From Oligoflexia bacterium (GTDB taxonomy: Bacteria > Bdellovibrionota > UBA1018), in NCBI GenBank assembly GCA_963758495.1, contig CAVWVI010000002.1, forward strand, positions 64,151 to 128,150: a stretch of DNA of 64,000 bases, in the 5' to 3' direction. Both the position numbers and the translations under genes were made by a program. The notes under the pieces were generated by a model. That model had not been told where the DNA came from. It saw only the letters and a list, made by a program, of their open reading frames with translations, and did not search any database. Shown here one piece after another: positions 8,012 to 17,702 of this stretch (position 1 is the stretch's first letter; every line of letters starts with the position of its first letter).

Positions 8012-10975
8012 ATGCGACAAAAAAGCCCATACCTGTGGTGGCCATCCCTCTTATGGATAAGTATATTCCTTTTGAAAACAAGTGCTTTTGCCGGTCCCCA
8101 TGACCTCCCTCCATTGGAGGATGACGCCCAGAAATTGGCTTTCTTACTTGAAGCAAAAAGGCAAATACCCGCATTATTTTCAGATGCCGCGAAGTATGAC
8201 ATTGATCTTTTCACTCTCTTGGAAAACGAGCGTGATTTAATAGCAAAGTTGAAAACGTATCCAAAGTATGAACAGCTTTTTTCTCAAAAGCCCTATTTTG
8301 ATCTCACAGTGACGCCCCCCAAAGAGGGCATCTCCGTCGGGGCAGTTGAGATTAAGCCGGAAGCGATTCAAGATTGGAAAAAAAGTCTGAGTGAGGAAAT
8401 CACACAACTCCTCGCTGAAGGAGTTCCCACGCCTTATGAGCTTCTGTCTAAGATTCAGGAGTTCAGGAGACGGGTTGATTTCAAGGAAGATCCGAACAAA
8501 CTGATCTATAAAATTGGGAGAGTGGATCAGGTAGGCAAAACAAAAGAGGATAAAAAAGCCTTCAAGTCCAAAGTCGAAGAGCTTAAGCCGAAAAGTGCAG
8601 TACTCTATCAATGCCATCAAGAAAAAAGCCTGCTTTTGAAATATGAATGCATGAGCCGCCGCCGTGCTGAATTAGAGGCGCTCCCTCATCTTCCTTCTCC
8701 AAGTGAACTCGCTGATCTGGTTTCGGCATTGCGAGCAGAGGAAAAACTCCATTCCATGCTTGAGGTTTTTGCCGTGATGAAGCGGAGCCCTGAAACACCC
8801 CTCCCTCCTACGTGGGAAGAGTTCCGGAAGCAAGTAGACACGCTCAGCGCAGAAGACTTGATTCATCTCGATGATAAGAACGATGCATTGAAACCCATTA
8901 TCGTTCATGCTTTAGGAAATTCAGAAGGATCTCCAGGAAATGATCGAGCCGTAGAAGCCGTGCATAAGGCGATTCGATCCTATGCAAATCAGACTTCGAG
9001 TCACCTAACGATGGCTACTGAACCAGTGAAGATCACACAAGTCCTTCCAGAGCTAGGAATATTTAGGGGCTGTACAGGAGGAGATTGCTCCTCTCAAAAT
9101 TCCTTTCCCTACCCGAATGACCCACATGAAATGGTATTTTTCATTGAAGACGTATCTGAAGTTTCTCAGCCTAAGAAGCTAAAAGGGTATGTCAATGCTA
9201 CTGAAGTCCAACTCTCGAATGGCGATAAAGCTCTCTATATCAATACCATCAGTGGAAATCGGGTAAATTCAGGAAATGCGGAGGTCATTCTCAGGGGACT
9301 TGAAAAGGAAAAAGCTAAACTAGGAGTGAAGCACATTGTACTGCCGACACAGTCAAATATAACTAGCCTGATTAATTTCCCTGCAATTCGTGGAGTCTAT
9401 GAGACTTATACCAAAAAAGGAAAGCCTGAAGCCATTACTTATCAAGATCTTCCTATGAGGCAGACAATAGAAAATTTTAAACCTGGTTCTGGGTATAATG
9501 TGGGTCAATATGATCATAGTACGGAAAATAGCGAGGGGATTATCTTTAAAGCAGATCGTCAATCAGAGCGATTAGCGACAGCAATCGATCAACACGGTTT
9601 AGGAGTATTTCAGCCAAAATCAATTGAAGAAGTCCCTCCGGTAGAGATTCTAGAATTTATTTTAGATCTTCACCACTCAGGAAGGGATAGCTTAAAAAAT
9701 AGAGTTTTAGAAATTAACTCAGTAAAAAATAAAATCAATTCTAAGATTTTAGATTTATTTTTAACTCAATTGGGTACTTGTCAGGGAGAACAGGAGACCC
9801 CTACAAACGTTCAGCAGTTTAAGCAATCTCTTCAGGAAAAACTGAAAGCCATGGCTGTTCCTAATGATTTTATAGATTTACATTCTCATCTTCTTTATCC
9901 CGGAATTGCTCGATGTACAGATGCATATTCAGAAGATAATATAGAAGAAACTGCAAAATGGATCGCTAAAGATCTGAAGGATAACTATTACAGACCAAAA
10001 GGAGTGAATTTTTCAAGCCTTCCACTTGATAATAAAAGACTACTTGAAAATACTCCAATATTTCAAAAGCTATTTAATAAATTAACTTTAAACCTAAAAG
10101 ATCCAAATCTGGGTGTCAGCCGCTCAGCGGCAGAGGCGTTAGGGGAGATCAAGCCCACAGATCCAAAAATTCATCTGGCTCTTGCAGAAGTGCTCAAAGA
10201 CTCAAATAGTAATGTCCGCTACCGAGTGGCAGTGACGCTAGGGAAGATCAAGCCCACAGATCCAAGAGTTCATCTGGCTCTTGCAGAAGTGCTCAAAGAC
10301 TCAAATAGTGATGTCCGCTCCTCAGCGGTATATGCGTTAGGGGAGATCAAGCCCACAGATCCAAGAGTTCATCTGGCTCTTGCAGAGGCACTCAAAGACT
10401 CAAATAGTGATGTCCGCTACCGAGTGGCAGTGACGCTAGGGAAGATCAAGCCCACAGATCCAAGAGTTCATCTGGCTCTTGCAGAAGTGCTCAAAGACTC
10501 AAATAGTGATGTCCGCTCCTCAGCGGCAGAGGCGTTAGGGGAGATCAAGCCCACAGATCCAAAAATTCATCTGGCTCTTGCAGAAGTGCTCAAAGACTCA
10601 AATAGTAATGTCCTCTCCTCAGCGGCAAAGGCGTTAGGGGAGGTCAAGCCCACAGATCCAAGAGTTCATCTGGCTCTTGTAGAGACGCTCAAAGACTCAA
10701 ATAGTAATGTCCGCTCCTCAGCGGCATGGGCGCTAGGGAAGATCAAGCCCACAGATCCAAGAGTTCATCTGGCTCTTGTAGAGACGCTCAAAGACTCAAA
10801 TATTATTGCCCGCTTATTAGCATCAGAAGTGCTTCGTGCTATCCAAAAGTCTTCACCCAAGGAGAAGCAGGACCAAGTTTTCCAGTGCATAGGAAATCCT
10901 AGCTCTCCGCTTTCTAATGAAAAAATCGAGGAACTCCTTAAAATTATGGAAATATACAATATAGAGCATAAATAG
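8012..10975 (+). CDS. Secreted protein with uncharacterised N-terminal region and C-terminal HEAT-like repeats
   Basis: Signal peptide ending TSAFA; about 7 repeats of 33 aa (LKDSNSxVRxxAxxALGxIKPTDPRVHLAL). Confidence 0.8.
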   Translation: MRQKSPYLWWPSLLWISIFLLKTSAFAGPHDLPPLEDDAQKLAFLLEAKRQIPALFSDAAKYDIDLFTLLENERDLIAKLKTYPKYEQLFSQKPYFDLTVTPPKEGISVGAVEIKPEAIQDWKKSLSEEITQLLAEGVPTPYELLSKIQEFRRRVDFKEDPNKLIYKIGRVDQVGKTKEDKKAFKSKVEELKPKSAVLYQCHQEKSLLLKYECMSRRRAELEALPHLPSPSELADLVSALRAEEKLHSMLEVFAVMKRSPETPLPPTWEEFRKQVDTLSAEDLIHLDDKNDALKPIIVHALGNSEGSPGNDRAVEAVHKAIRSYANQTSSHLTMATEPVKITQVLPELGIFRGCTGGDCSSQNSFPYPNDPHEMVFFIEDVSEVSQPKKLKGYVNATEVQLSNGDKALYINTISGNRVNSGNAEVILRGLEKEKAKLGVKHIVLPTQSNITSLINFPAIRGVYETYTKKGKPEAITYQDLPMRQTIENFKPGSGYNVGQYDHSTENSEGIIFKADRQSERLATAIDQHGLGVFQPKSIEEVPPVEILEFILDLHHSGRDSLKNRVLEINSVKNKINSKILDLFLTQLGTCQGEQETPTNVQQFKQSLQEKLKAMAVPNDFIDLHSHLLYPGIARCTDAYSEDNIEETAKWIAKDLKDNYYRPKGVNFSSLPLDNKRLLENTPIFQKLFNKLTLNLKDPNLGVSRSAAEALGEIKPTDPKIHLALAEVLKDSNSNVRYRVAVTLGKIKPTDPRVHLALAEVLKDSNSDVRSSAVYALGEIKPTDPRVHLALAEALKDSNSDVRYRVAVTLGKIKPTDPRVHLALAEVLKDSNSDVRSSAAEALGEIKPTDPKIHLALAEVLKDSNSNVLSSAAKALGEVKPTDPRVHLALVETLKDSNSNVRSSAAWALGKIKPTDPRVHLALVETLKDSNIIARLLASEVLRAIQKSSPKEKQDQVFQCIGNPSSPLSNEKIEELLKIMEIYNIEHK
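10096..10803 (+). repeat. Tandem 99-bp coding repeat, about 7 near-identical units
   Basis: ctcaaagactcaaatagt recurs every 99 bp (10193, 10292, ...). Confidence 0.95.
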
Positions 10976-11059
10976 CCGCTCAATATGTAGCAGTGGTAGA
11001 AAAAATGATTTTAAATTCTTTTGGAGTGAAGTCAGGTTTGCCCTGGTGTAGTGGATCAA

Positions 11060-11209
11060 CCATAGTTCTTGTAACCACACTGGATCATCTAAATAATTTA
11101 TTGCACCGACTATAGCATTTACTTTTCGTTCGGTTGATTCGCTTCCATTCAAAATTTTTAAGGTCTCTTCTTTTGAAATAGAAGTGGGTTCTTCATATTT
11201 TTGATTCAT
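11060..11209 (-). pseudogene. Possible truncated immunity-protein-like gene remnant
   Basis: MNQKYEEPTSISKEE...AIVGAINYLDDPVWLQE resembles the N-terminus of small helical polymorphic-toxin immunity proteins; similarity is lost after ~50 codons. Confidence 0.3.
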
Positions 11210-11305
11210 TGTATTTTATATTCAGGACATTAAAGTACCCTAGTTTAGCTTTGAACGAACGTATCCCAGCTCGCCAAGTAGCGAGTACTATTGGGGGACT
11301 TAAAG

Positions 11306-11833
11306 TTATTCAGGTTTTTGCGCTGGGGGAGTAGCGACTGGCTTGATCACTACTTTACCTTCTGATTTAGGTTGAACTTGGACTGCTGGACGTCGTGGCC
11401 CTCGGTCATTTCTGTCATTTCTTTCGTTACGTCCCTGACCCTTACCTTCTCCTCTTCTTCCTCTTCCTTTTTTCTTTTTGGGGTCTGAATGTTGAGCACC
11501 TGCTTGAGGAGCTTTCTTTTCAAGAGAAGGGAAGTATTCAACTAAATAGAAGTGATCACCCTTTTGAGTATAGCCATTTGGAGCTTTTTCACCCTCAGTG
11601 ATTGCACAAATGACAACCCGCTTTAGATCTTGAAAGCGAGTGCCCACCATTTCAAGAGCATTTACAAGAAAAGTAATCCGATCTCCTTCTAACTTCAGAG
11701 ATTCTCCAAGAGCTTGAGGAACCTCCTCGGCTGTTTTACCGCTTGCTATTAAGTCTTGTTTTAATTTTGCGGCATTTTTGAGATTAATACTTGGAAATTC
11801 GGTAAGGGTTTTCATATCGTTTTCAAATAGCAT
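11306..11833 (-). CDS. Hypothetical protein with basic low-complexity C-terminus
   Basis: 175-aa ORF with K/R/G-rich tail. Confidence 0.65.
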   Translation of the reverse strand: MLFENDMKTLTEFPSINLKNAAKLKQDLIASGKTAEEVPQALGESLKLEGDRITFLVNALEMVGTRFQDLKRVVICAITEGEKAPNGYTQKGDHFYLVEYFPSLEKKAPQAGAQHSDPKKKKGRGRRGEGKGQGRNERNDRNDRGPRRPAVQVQPKSEGKVVIKPVATPPAQKPE

Positions 11834-11964
11834 GAACCTACTCAGCTTAAAAGAAAAAGGAGAATTTGTTCCCTGCTTCTCTTTAAAGAAGCTGTTAAAG
11901 TGTTAGAAAACTCACCGGGAGGTCATGCAGTGTATTTTATGCATAGAAAAGTGACGTTGGAATT

Positions 11965-13797
11965 ATGTTTGCGTTAATTCGATTGAAGCGAATTCTTTTA
12001 GGTGAGCCGTTAAGTAATCAAATGGCTTCACATGAGCGTATTCCGAAATGGAAAGCATTGGCGGTGCTCTCTTCGGACGCTCTTTCATCAGTGGCTTATG
12101 CGACTGAGGAAATTTTGATTCCCTTGGCCGCCTTTGGCGTAGCAGCGATTGCGTGGTCCATTCCTATTGCCATTGCTATTGCATTATTGCTCTGTATTTT
12201 GACAGCTTCTTACCGCCAAACGATCGATGCTTATCCCAATGGGGGTGGGGCCTATATTGTAGCCAAGGAAAACTTAGGCACAACAGCGGGTCTTATTGCA
12301 GGGGCATCTCTCTTAATAGACTATGTCCTCACTGTTGCAGTTTCTACTGCTGCTGGTGTTGAAAATCTTGTGGCTGCGGTTCCTTATTTGGCAACACATA
12401 AGGAAATCATTGGAATTGCTATCATATTTTTAATTAGCGTATTTAACTTAAGGGGAGTTAAAGAGTCTGCTAGTATTTTCGCGCTACCCACTTATCTTTT
12501 TATTTTTTCATTTTTAGCATTGATCATGACAGGAATTGGAAAAGTCTTAACTGGACAGATACTGCCAGTAGCCCCTATTGTTCATTCTGTTTATCCAGCA
12601 GTACCTCTTATTTTAATTTTGAGAGCTTTCTCCTCGGGGTGTTCTGCATTAACTGGAATAGAAGCCATTTCTAATGGGATCCCCATTTTTCAAGTACCGG
12701 CACCCCGCAATGCAAAGATTACTTTGGTTTGGATGGCCTTAACTCTAGGAGTTTTATTCCTCAGTATTACCTTCCTTACAAAGGTCTATGGCATTATCCC
12801 TATTGAAGGTGAAACCTCGGTCTCATTATTGGGTCACGCTATATTTGGATCGAGCTTTTTTTACTATGTACTTCAAGGCTCAACGGCATTGATTTTAATT
12901 CTTGCTGCAAACACAAGTTATGCCGATTTTCCCCGGCTGTCATCTCTCTTGGCCCGAGACCGATTTTTACCCAGACAATTAGCGAGTGTAGGGGATCGAC
13001 TCGTTTTTTCCAATGGGATTTTGGGGTTGAGTGTTGCCGCCTCCTTACTCATTCTTTTATTTCAAGGTGAAACACACTTACTTATTCCTCTCTACGCGAT
13101 TGGTGTGTTTTTATCCTTCACACTTTCTCAGGCGGGTATGGTGATTCATCATCTGAGAGAAAGGGAAAAGCAGTGGTTGAGATCTCTGTTTTTTAATTTG
13201 CTCGGCGCGCTTACAACATTGGTAGTCCTGGTCGTTATTTCTTCTACTAAGTTTTTTATGGGCGCGTGGATGGTGATTTTATTTATCCCAGTTCTCGTGT
13301 TTATATTTATTCGTATTAATGCTCACTACCTGGCAGTCGGTCGTGAACTTTCTTTGGTTGGAAAAGATGCACCTGGAAAGCTAGAACCGATTAAACATAC
13401 TGTAATTGTGCCTATTTCTGGTATCCATCGAGGTGTGATCGATGCGCTACGTTATGCAATTTCAATCTCAAATGATGTGCGCGCCTGTTACGTAGAATTT
13501 GATCCTGCTGCCACTGAAAGAGTGCAAGTAGAATGGAAAAAATGGGCCCATGAAGTGCCTTTTGTCATTTTAAAATCTCCCTATAGATCGGTGATCGCAC
13601 CGTTATTGGAGTATTTGGATGATATAGAAGAAACAACCCATGGTGATATGATCACTGTGATTATTCCAGAGTTCGTTACTGCTAAGTGGCGCCATCAAAT
13701 TCTCCATAATCAAACGGCGTTCTTAATTCGAGCGGCACTTCTATTTCGAGCTGGAAAGGTAGTAACCAGTATTCGGCATCACTTGCGAGATACTTAG
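11965..13797 (+). CDS. APC-family permease, KimA/YdaO-like potassium transporter
   Basis: LSSDALSSVAYATEE, YPNGGGAY, GCSALTGIEAISNG, SPYRS, LHNQTA motifs. Confidence 0.85.
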   Translation: MFALIRLKRILLGEPLSNQMASHERIPKWKALAVLSSDALSSVAYATEEILIPLAAFGVAAIAWSIPIAIAIALLLCILTASYRQTIDAYPNGGGAYIVAKENLGTTAGLIAGASLLIDYVLTVAVSTAAGVENLVAAVPYLATHKEIIGIAIIFLISVFNLRGVKESASIFALPTYLFIFSFLALIMTGIGKVLTGQILPVAPIVHSVYPAVPLILILRAFSSGCSALTGIEAISNGIPIFQVPAPRNAKITLVWMALTLGVLFLSITFLTKVYGIIPIEGETSVSLLGHAIFGSSFFYYVLQGSTALILILAANTSYADFPRLSSLLARDRFLPRQLASVGDRLVFSNGILGLSVAASLLILLFQGETHLLIPLYAIGVFLSFTLSQAGMVIHHLREREKQWLRSLFFNLLGALTTLVVLVVISSTKFFMGAWMVILFIPVLVFIFIRINAHYLAVGRELSLVGKDAPGKLEPIKHTVIVPISGIHRGVIDALRYAISISNDVRACYVEFDPAATERVQVEWKKWAHEVPFVILKSPYRSVIAPLLEYLDDIEETTHGDMITVIIPEFVTAKWRHQILHNQTAFLIRAALLFRAGKVVTSIRHHLRDT

Positions 13798-13903
13798 CGT
13801 CTTTCATACTGAGTATACTTAGCCTATTATATTCTGCCCATGACGTGAGTTTGGCGGGCGACGATTGACTCAGTGTGTAATATTATGCTACGCAGATCAG
13901 AAT

Positions 13904-16381
13904 ATGGATTTTGCTTCTTTCCCACTTTTTCGCAGCGGTTTCATACGTGTCAGTCTGCTTTGTTTGGGGATGTCCCACGCTGGATTTGCGGGTGAAGTTG
14001 GAAGGGCATTGATTGAAGCGATTAAAAGCAAAGATCACGCACGTGCGCGACAACTCCTTGAGCCCTTAAAATCAGCAGATCGAAAGCCTCGGGCTTTTCT
14101 CAATGAAGAAGTGGAAAATGATGGCAAGTCTCTTCTGATTTTGGCGCTGGAGGGGGGAGTTCGAGCGGATATTTTAAGGCTTCTTTTGGATCAAGGAGTT
14201 GATGTGAATCTAGCGGATCGCGAAGGTAAAACTCCGCTGATTCTTGCCGCTCAAAAGGGTCAGTTTGAACTGATGCAGGTTTTTTTAAAAAGAGGCGCCC
14301 AGATGAATCATCAAGACAGGATGGGCTGGACAGCACTTACTCAATCATTAGTATCAGCAAAAACTGAACAAGATCAATTTAGGTTTTTGAAGCTTTGTAT
14401 AGAAAACGGTGCCGAGCTGGATTCTCTATTCCCTGGAGATCGGAGTGCTTATGCGGATTCGCGGAGTTATGATCGGTTTCATGATCGTTCTATTCTGGTT
14501 TGGGCCATTGAGACGAATGCACTTCGATTAGCTAAGTACCTTCTTTCCCTAAAGAAATCTGCCACAGGGGCAAGTCAATTCAGCGAACAAGTCTTTGTCA
14601 ACCAACTTGATGGACGTGGAAGGACACCCTTAATTCAAGCGGCTGCATCTGCTTCCTTTGATTGGATTAAAACTCTTTTAGACAGTGGAGCGCATGTGAC
14701 CGCTGAGGATCACTTGGGTTGGACTGCTTTGAGCCAACTCATGGCTCATTCGTCAGGATCAACAGATTTTCCAAGTTTTCCAAGTTTAAAAGAAGAGCAA
14801 GTGAAATGGATGAAGGTTTTCTTGGAAAAAGGAGCCAATCCATACCAAGGATTTCCGTTAGATGAAGCTGCTTATTTAAATCGGAAGGATGGGGATGGAT
14901 TTCGAGGGCACACCCTGCTGACGTGGGCAGTGGAGAATGATCGAGCTGACATTGTTTTAGTTTTACTTGAGCATGGAGTGGATCTAGGGCCTCTTCAACC
15001 CTTATTGATGTCTGCCATGGATCGAGGGAACTTGGAAATAGTCAAGCTCACAGCGCAAAGGGGTGTACAACTCTGTCCGAAAGAATCGATTCACCCCAGC
15101 GAGCATACCCCTCTGACACTGGCTATCGAAAAAGGCAAAGTAGAGGTAGTGAGATTCATTTTAGATTTTGTCTCAAGCGCAGGAACAGCTCCCATTACAC
15201 TAGATCGATGTCATTTAAATGCACTCGGCAAAGAGGGCTTATCGGCTCTCGGGTGGGCAGCAAAAATGGGAAATTTCCCCGTAGCCCAACTTCTTGTGGA
15301 TCACGGAGAGGCGCAGTATTTTGGAGCCTCCGAGTTAAGAAAAATTCTGGAGATGGCCAGACAAGGCTCGCATATCCCGCGAATGATGACCGCAAAGTGG
15401 ATTAAGTTTTTCGCATTGACTCAAACGGCGTCAAACTTGAACGAGATTTTGAATCTTAAATCAGAGTGCATGCTCACGTTTGAAGGGGCACAAACTGAGA
15501 ATGAACTTCCGGATTTTAGCGCGAGTGTGAGCCAACTTAAAAACTTGATGAATTTAAAGGCCAGAAAACTTTATTACATAGAGCGCGAATTGGAAATCCA
15601 ACGCCAGTCTCCAGTCGCCATGGAGGTGGATGAAGCTTCCCGAATCACGGATGAACCCCTCACTAAAAGAAGGAGAATCGACTCTAGGACGATTCAATGC
15701 GTGGCTTGTCTGGACGAGCTTCCTTCTGTGAAGAGAGGTGAGCTAGGCCCCTCCGGTTGTTCCTGTTCTCTTTGTGAAGATTGCGCTCCCAGTTATTGTG
15801 ACATGATCATCCATCGAGATGGAGAAGATCTGAGTCTGTGTCCAGGCTGTAAAAACCCACTCCATTCCCAGTATCTGGTTCAACAGGGTCGAACTGAAGA
15901 AGAAGTTGAAAAGATCAGAAGTCGAATTGTGGATCAAGTGAATGCACGGCAACAGGGCTGGGTATTTTGCCCGTGTGCAGGTTGTGCGGGTGGACGAGTG
16001 CTTCAGCCAGATGAGAAATCCGCGTATTATTCCTGTTTTTTATGCGGCCACGAGGGATGCATCCGATGTGGGAAAGAGCATCAAGGTGAATGCTCTCACT
16101 ATGAGAAACAAATGAAGGGAGTTGAGAACCTTCTTCGATTAGGTGCTGAAGCTCCTCTAGAGAATCGCCCGTCTGATGAAAATCATCCCGATTATTACAA
16201 GGGTAGGTTTCGGCCATGTTATCATTGCGGCGTGATCACCGAGAGGTCAGAGGGATGTAATCAGATGATTTGTAGCCGCTGCAACGAGAAATGGGATTGG
16301 AATAATGGCCCCGAGGGTCGAAATGGCGATTACACACGCGGTGAAATGAGGTTTACCCCCTTAAAGCCGCCTCATTTTTAA
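13904..16381 (+). CDS. Ankyrin-repeat + RBR (RING1-IBR-RING2)-type E3 ubiquitin ligase-like protein with signal peptide
   Basis: Multiple G(K/R)TPL/GWTAL ankyrin repeats; C-terminal CVAC..CSC..CEDC..CPGC, FCPCAGC..CFLC..CIRC..H..C, and CYHC..ERSEGCNQMICSRC. Confidence 0.8.
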   Translation: MDFASFPLFRSGFIRVSLLCLGMSHAGFAGEVGRALIEAIKSKDHARARQLLEPLKSADRKPRAFLNEEVENDGKSLLILALEGGVRADILRLLLDQGVDVNLADREGKTPLILAAQKGQFELMQVFLKRGAQMNHQDRMGWTALTQSLVSAKTEQDQFRFLKLCIENGAELDSLFPGDRSAYADSRSYDRFHDRSILVWAIETNALRLAKYLLSLKKSATGASQFSEQVFVNQLDGRGRTPLIQAAASASFDWIKTLLDSGAHVTAEDHLGWTALSQLMAHSSGSTDFPSFPSLKEEQVKWMKVFLEKGANPYQGFPLDEAAYLNRKDGDGFRGHTLLTWAVENDRADIVLVLLEHGVDLGPLQPLLMSAMDRGNLEIVKLTAQRGVQLCPKESIHPSEHTPLTLAIEKGKVEVVRFILDFVSSAGTAPITLDRCHLNALGKEGLSALGWAAKMGNFPVAQLLVDHGEAQYFGASELRKILEMARQGSHIPRMMTAKWIKFFALTQTASNLNEILNLKSECMLTFEGAQTENELPDFSASVSQLKNLMNLKARKLYYIERELEIQRQSPVAMEVDEASRITDEPLTKRRRIDSRTIQCVACLDELPSVKRGELGPSGCSCSLCEDCAPSYCDMIIHRDGEDLSLCPGCKNPLHSQYLVQQGRTEEEVEKIRSRIVDQVNARQQGWVFCPCAGCAGGRVLQPDEKSAYYSCFLCGHEGCIRCGKEHQGECSHYEKQMKGVENLLRLGAEAPLENRPSDENHPDYYKGRFRPCYHCGVITERSEGCNQMICSRCNEKWDWNNGPEGRNGDYTRGEMRFTPLKPPHF

Positions 16382-16434
16382 AATGACACTATAGATTTTA
16401 GTAGAAAACAGAAGCGCTAGAAGGCTGGTAAATA

Positions 16435-17637
16435 ATGATGAATTTGTTCAAATTAAAAAATAAGGTTTTTCCCGCGTGGGTGTTGAGTTTACTTATCATG
16501 TGTGGAGTGAGTACTCAGTCATTACAGGTGATTGCGGGTGAGAAGGTTTACTTTAAAACGGCTGATGGGGCGAAGTTTTGGTGTGATCGCACTGATTTGG
16601 AATACCACCTTGATCCTCAGGGGAAATTTTCAAATATTTGTAACCTCCTTTCGGAGCCAGGAGTTCAAGATGGGAAGTCGGAAGAAACAGCTCATGAGCT
16701 GAATATCGACGGCAAGCTCACCTTGAAGTACATTTTGAATTTATTGAGGTATGGAAAAGTTTCCTTCAAAAATAAAGCGGATGCGGAAAATACTTTAGCC
16801 ATCTGTGAAGATCTCGGATTGCCTCTAGCCGAGGAATACATTTGCAAATTTTTAAATAATAAAAAACTTCTGGGACAGATGCCCTCAATAGGATCGGATA
16901 TTGAATGTCCTGATGGCTACATTTCGGTGCCCGGCAATGAGGTGTACTCAACACCGACAGTGGGAGCAAGTTTTTGTGTCATGAAGTATGATGCATCTCG
17001 TGAAGGATCCACTGCGAAGTCAAGAGTAGGAGGGTTGCCATGGGTGAATATCAATCGGGAAGCCGCGAAAGCTGCTTGTGCAGCGAATGGAGCTGGATAT
17101 CATTTGATCACGAATGCCGAGTGGATGACGATAGCAAGAGACATTGAGGCTACTCCAGCAAACTGGAGTGCTGGAGCAGTAGGAGCGGGGCAATTATCTA
17201 GGGGAAATAGTAATTCAAATGCAGCCGCAGCATCGGGCGCAGATGAGAATCCCTACCTTGGGACAAATCACAGTGATTGGACTCATAAAAGAACGCATAC
17301 ATTGAGCAATGAAGAAGTGATTTGGGATATGGCTGGGAACGTATGGAAATGGGTATCAGACAATCTAAGAACAGAACAGGGTAGTGACTGGTGGCAAGAA
17401 TATAACGATGCTAGCCATTTCTCAGAGGGGAGTCAGAATAAATTGCTTTTTGCCCCACTCGGTTCATACAGCTCAGCGCAGAATGTGGGCACAATCTACA
17501 TGTCAAATGGCGGAACCGCCATGCGGGGTGGTACCTGGAACAAAGACACGGACGCTGGAGTCTTCGCTGCGCATCTGTCCTCTCGCGCATCTGACTGGTC
17601 CGATCGTGTCGGGTTTCGCTGCGCCTATACACCGTAA
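16435..17637 (+). CDS. Secreted BTB/POZ-like + FGE-type C-type-lectin-fold protein (putative DGR target)
   Basis: NIDGKLTLKYILNLLRYGKV..ICEDLGL (KCTD/T1-type BTB); LITNAEW, DMAGNVWKW, RGGTW...VGFRC. Confidence 0.75.
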   Translation: MMNLFKLKNKVFPAWVLSLLIMCGVSTQSLQVIAGEKVYFKTADGAKFWCDRTDLEYHLDPQGKFSNICNLLSEPGVQDGKSEETAHELNIDGKLTLKYILNLLRYGKVSFKNKADAENTLAICEDLGLPLAEEYICKFLNNKKLLGQMPSIGSDIECPDGYISVPGNEVYSTPTVGASFCVMKYDASREGSTAKSRVGGLPWVNINREAAKAACAANGAGYHLITNAEWMTIARDIEATPANWSAGAVGAGQLSRGNSNSNAAAASGADENPYLGTNHSDWTHKRTHTLSNEEVIWDMAGNVWKWVSDNLRTEQGSDWWQEYNDASHFSEGSQNKLLFAPLGSYSSAQNVGTIYMSNGGTAMRGGTWNKDTDAGVFAAHLSSRASDWSDRVGFRCAYTP

Positions 17638-17702
17638 GCACTGCAAGGAGTCCTGTCAACAGCCCTAAAGGAACGACTTACATAAACCTTTCTCCGAAGT
17701 GT

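Noticed and set aside
10096..10803. CRISPR-like repeat-spacer array
   Set aside because: Period is 99 bp, in frame within a CDS, with no unique spacers and no cas genes
11834..11964. c-di-AMP (ydaO) riboswitch upstream of the KimA-like permease
   Set aside because: Short AT-rich divergent intergenic region without recognisable riboswitch consensus
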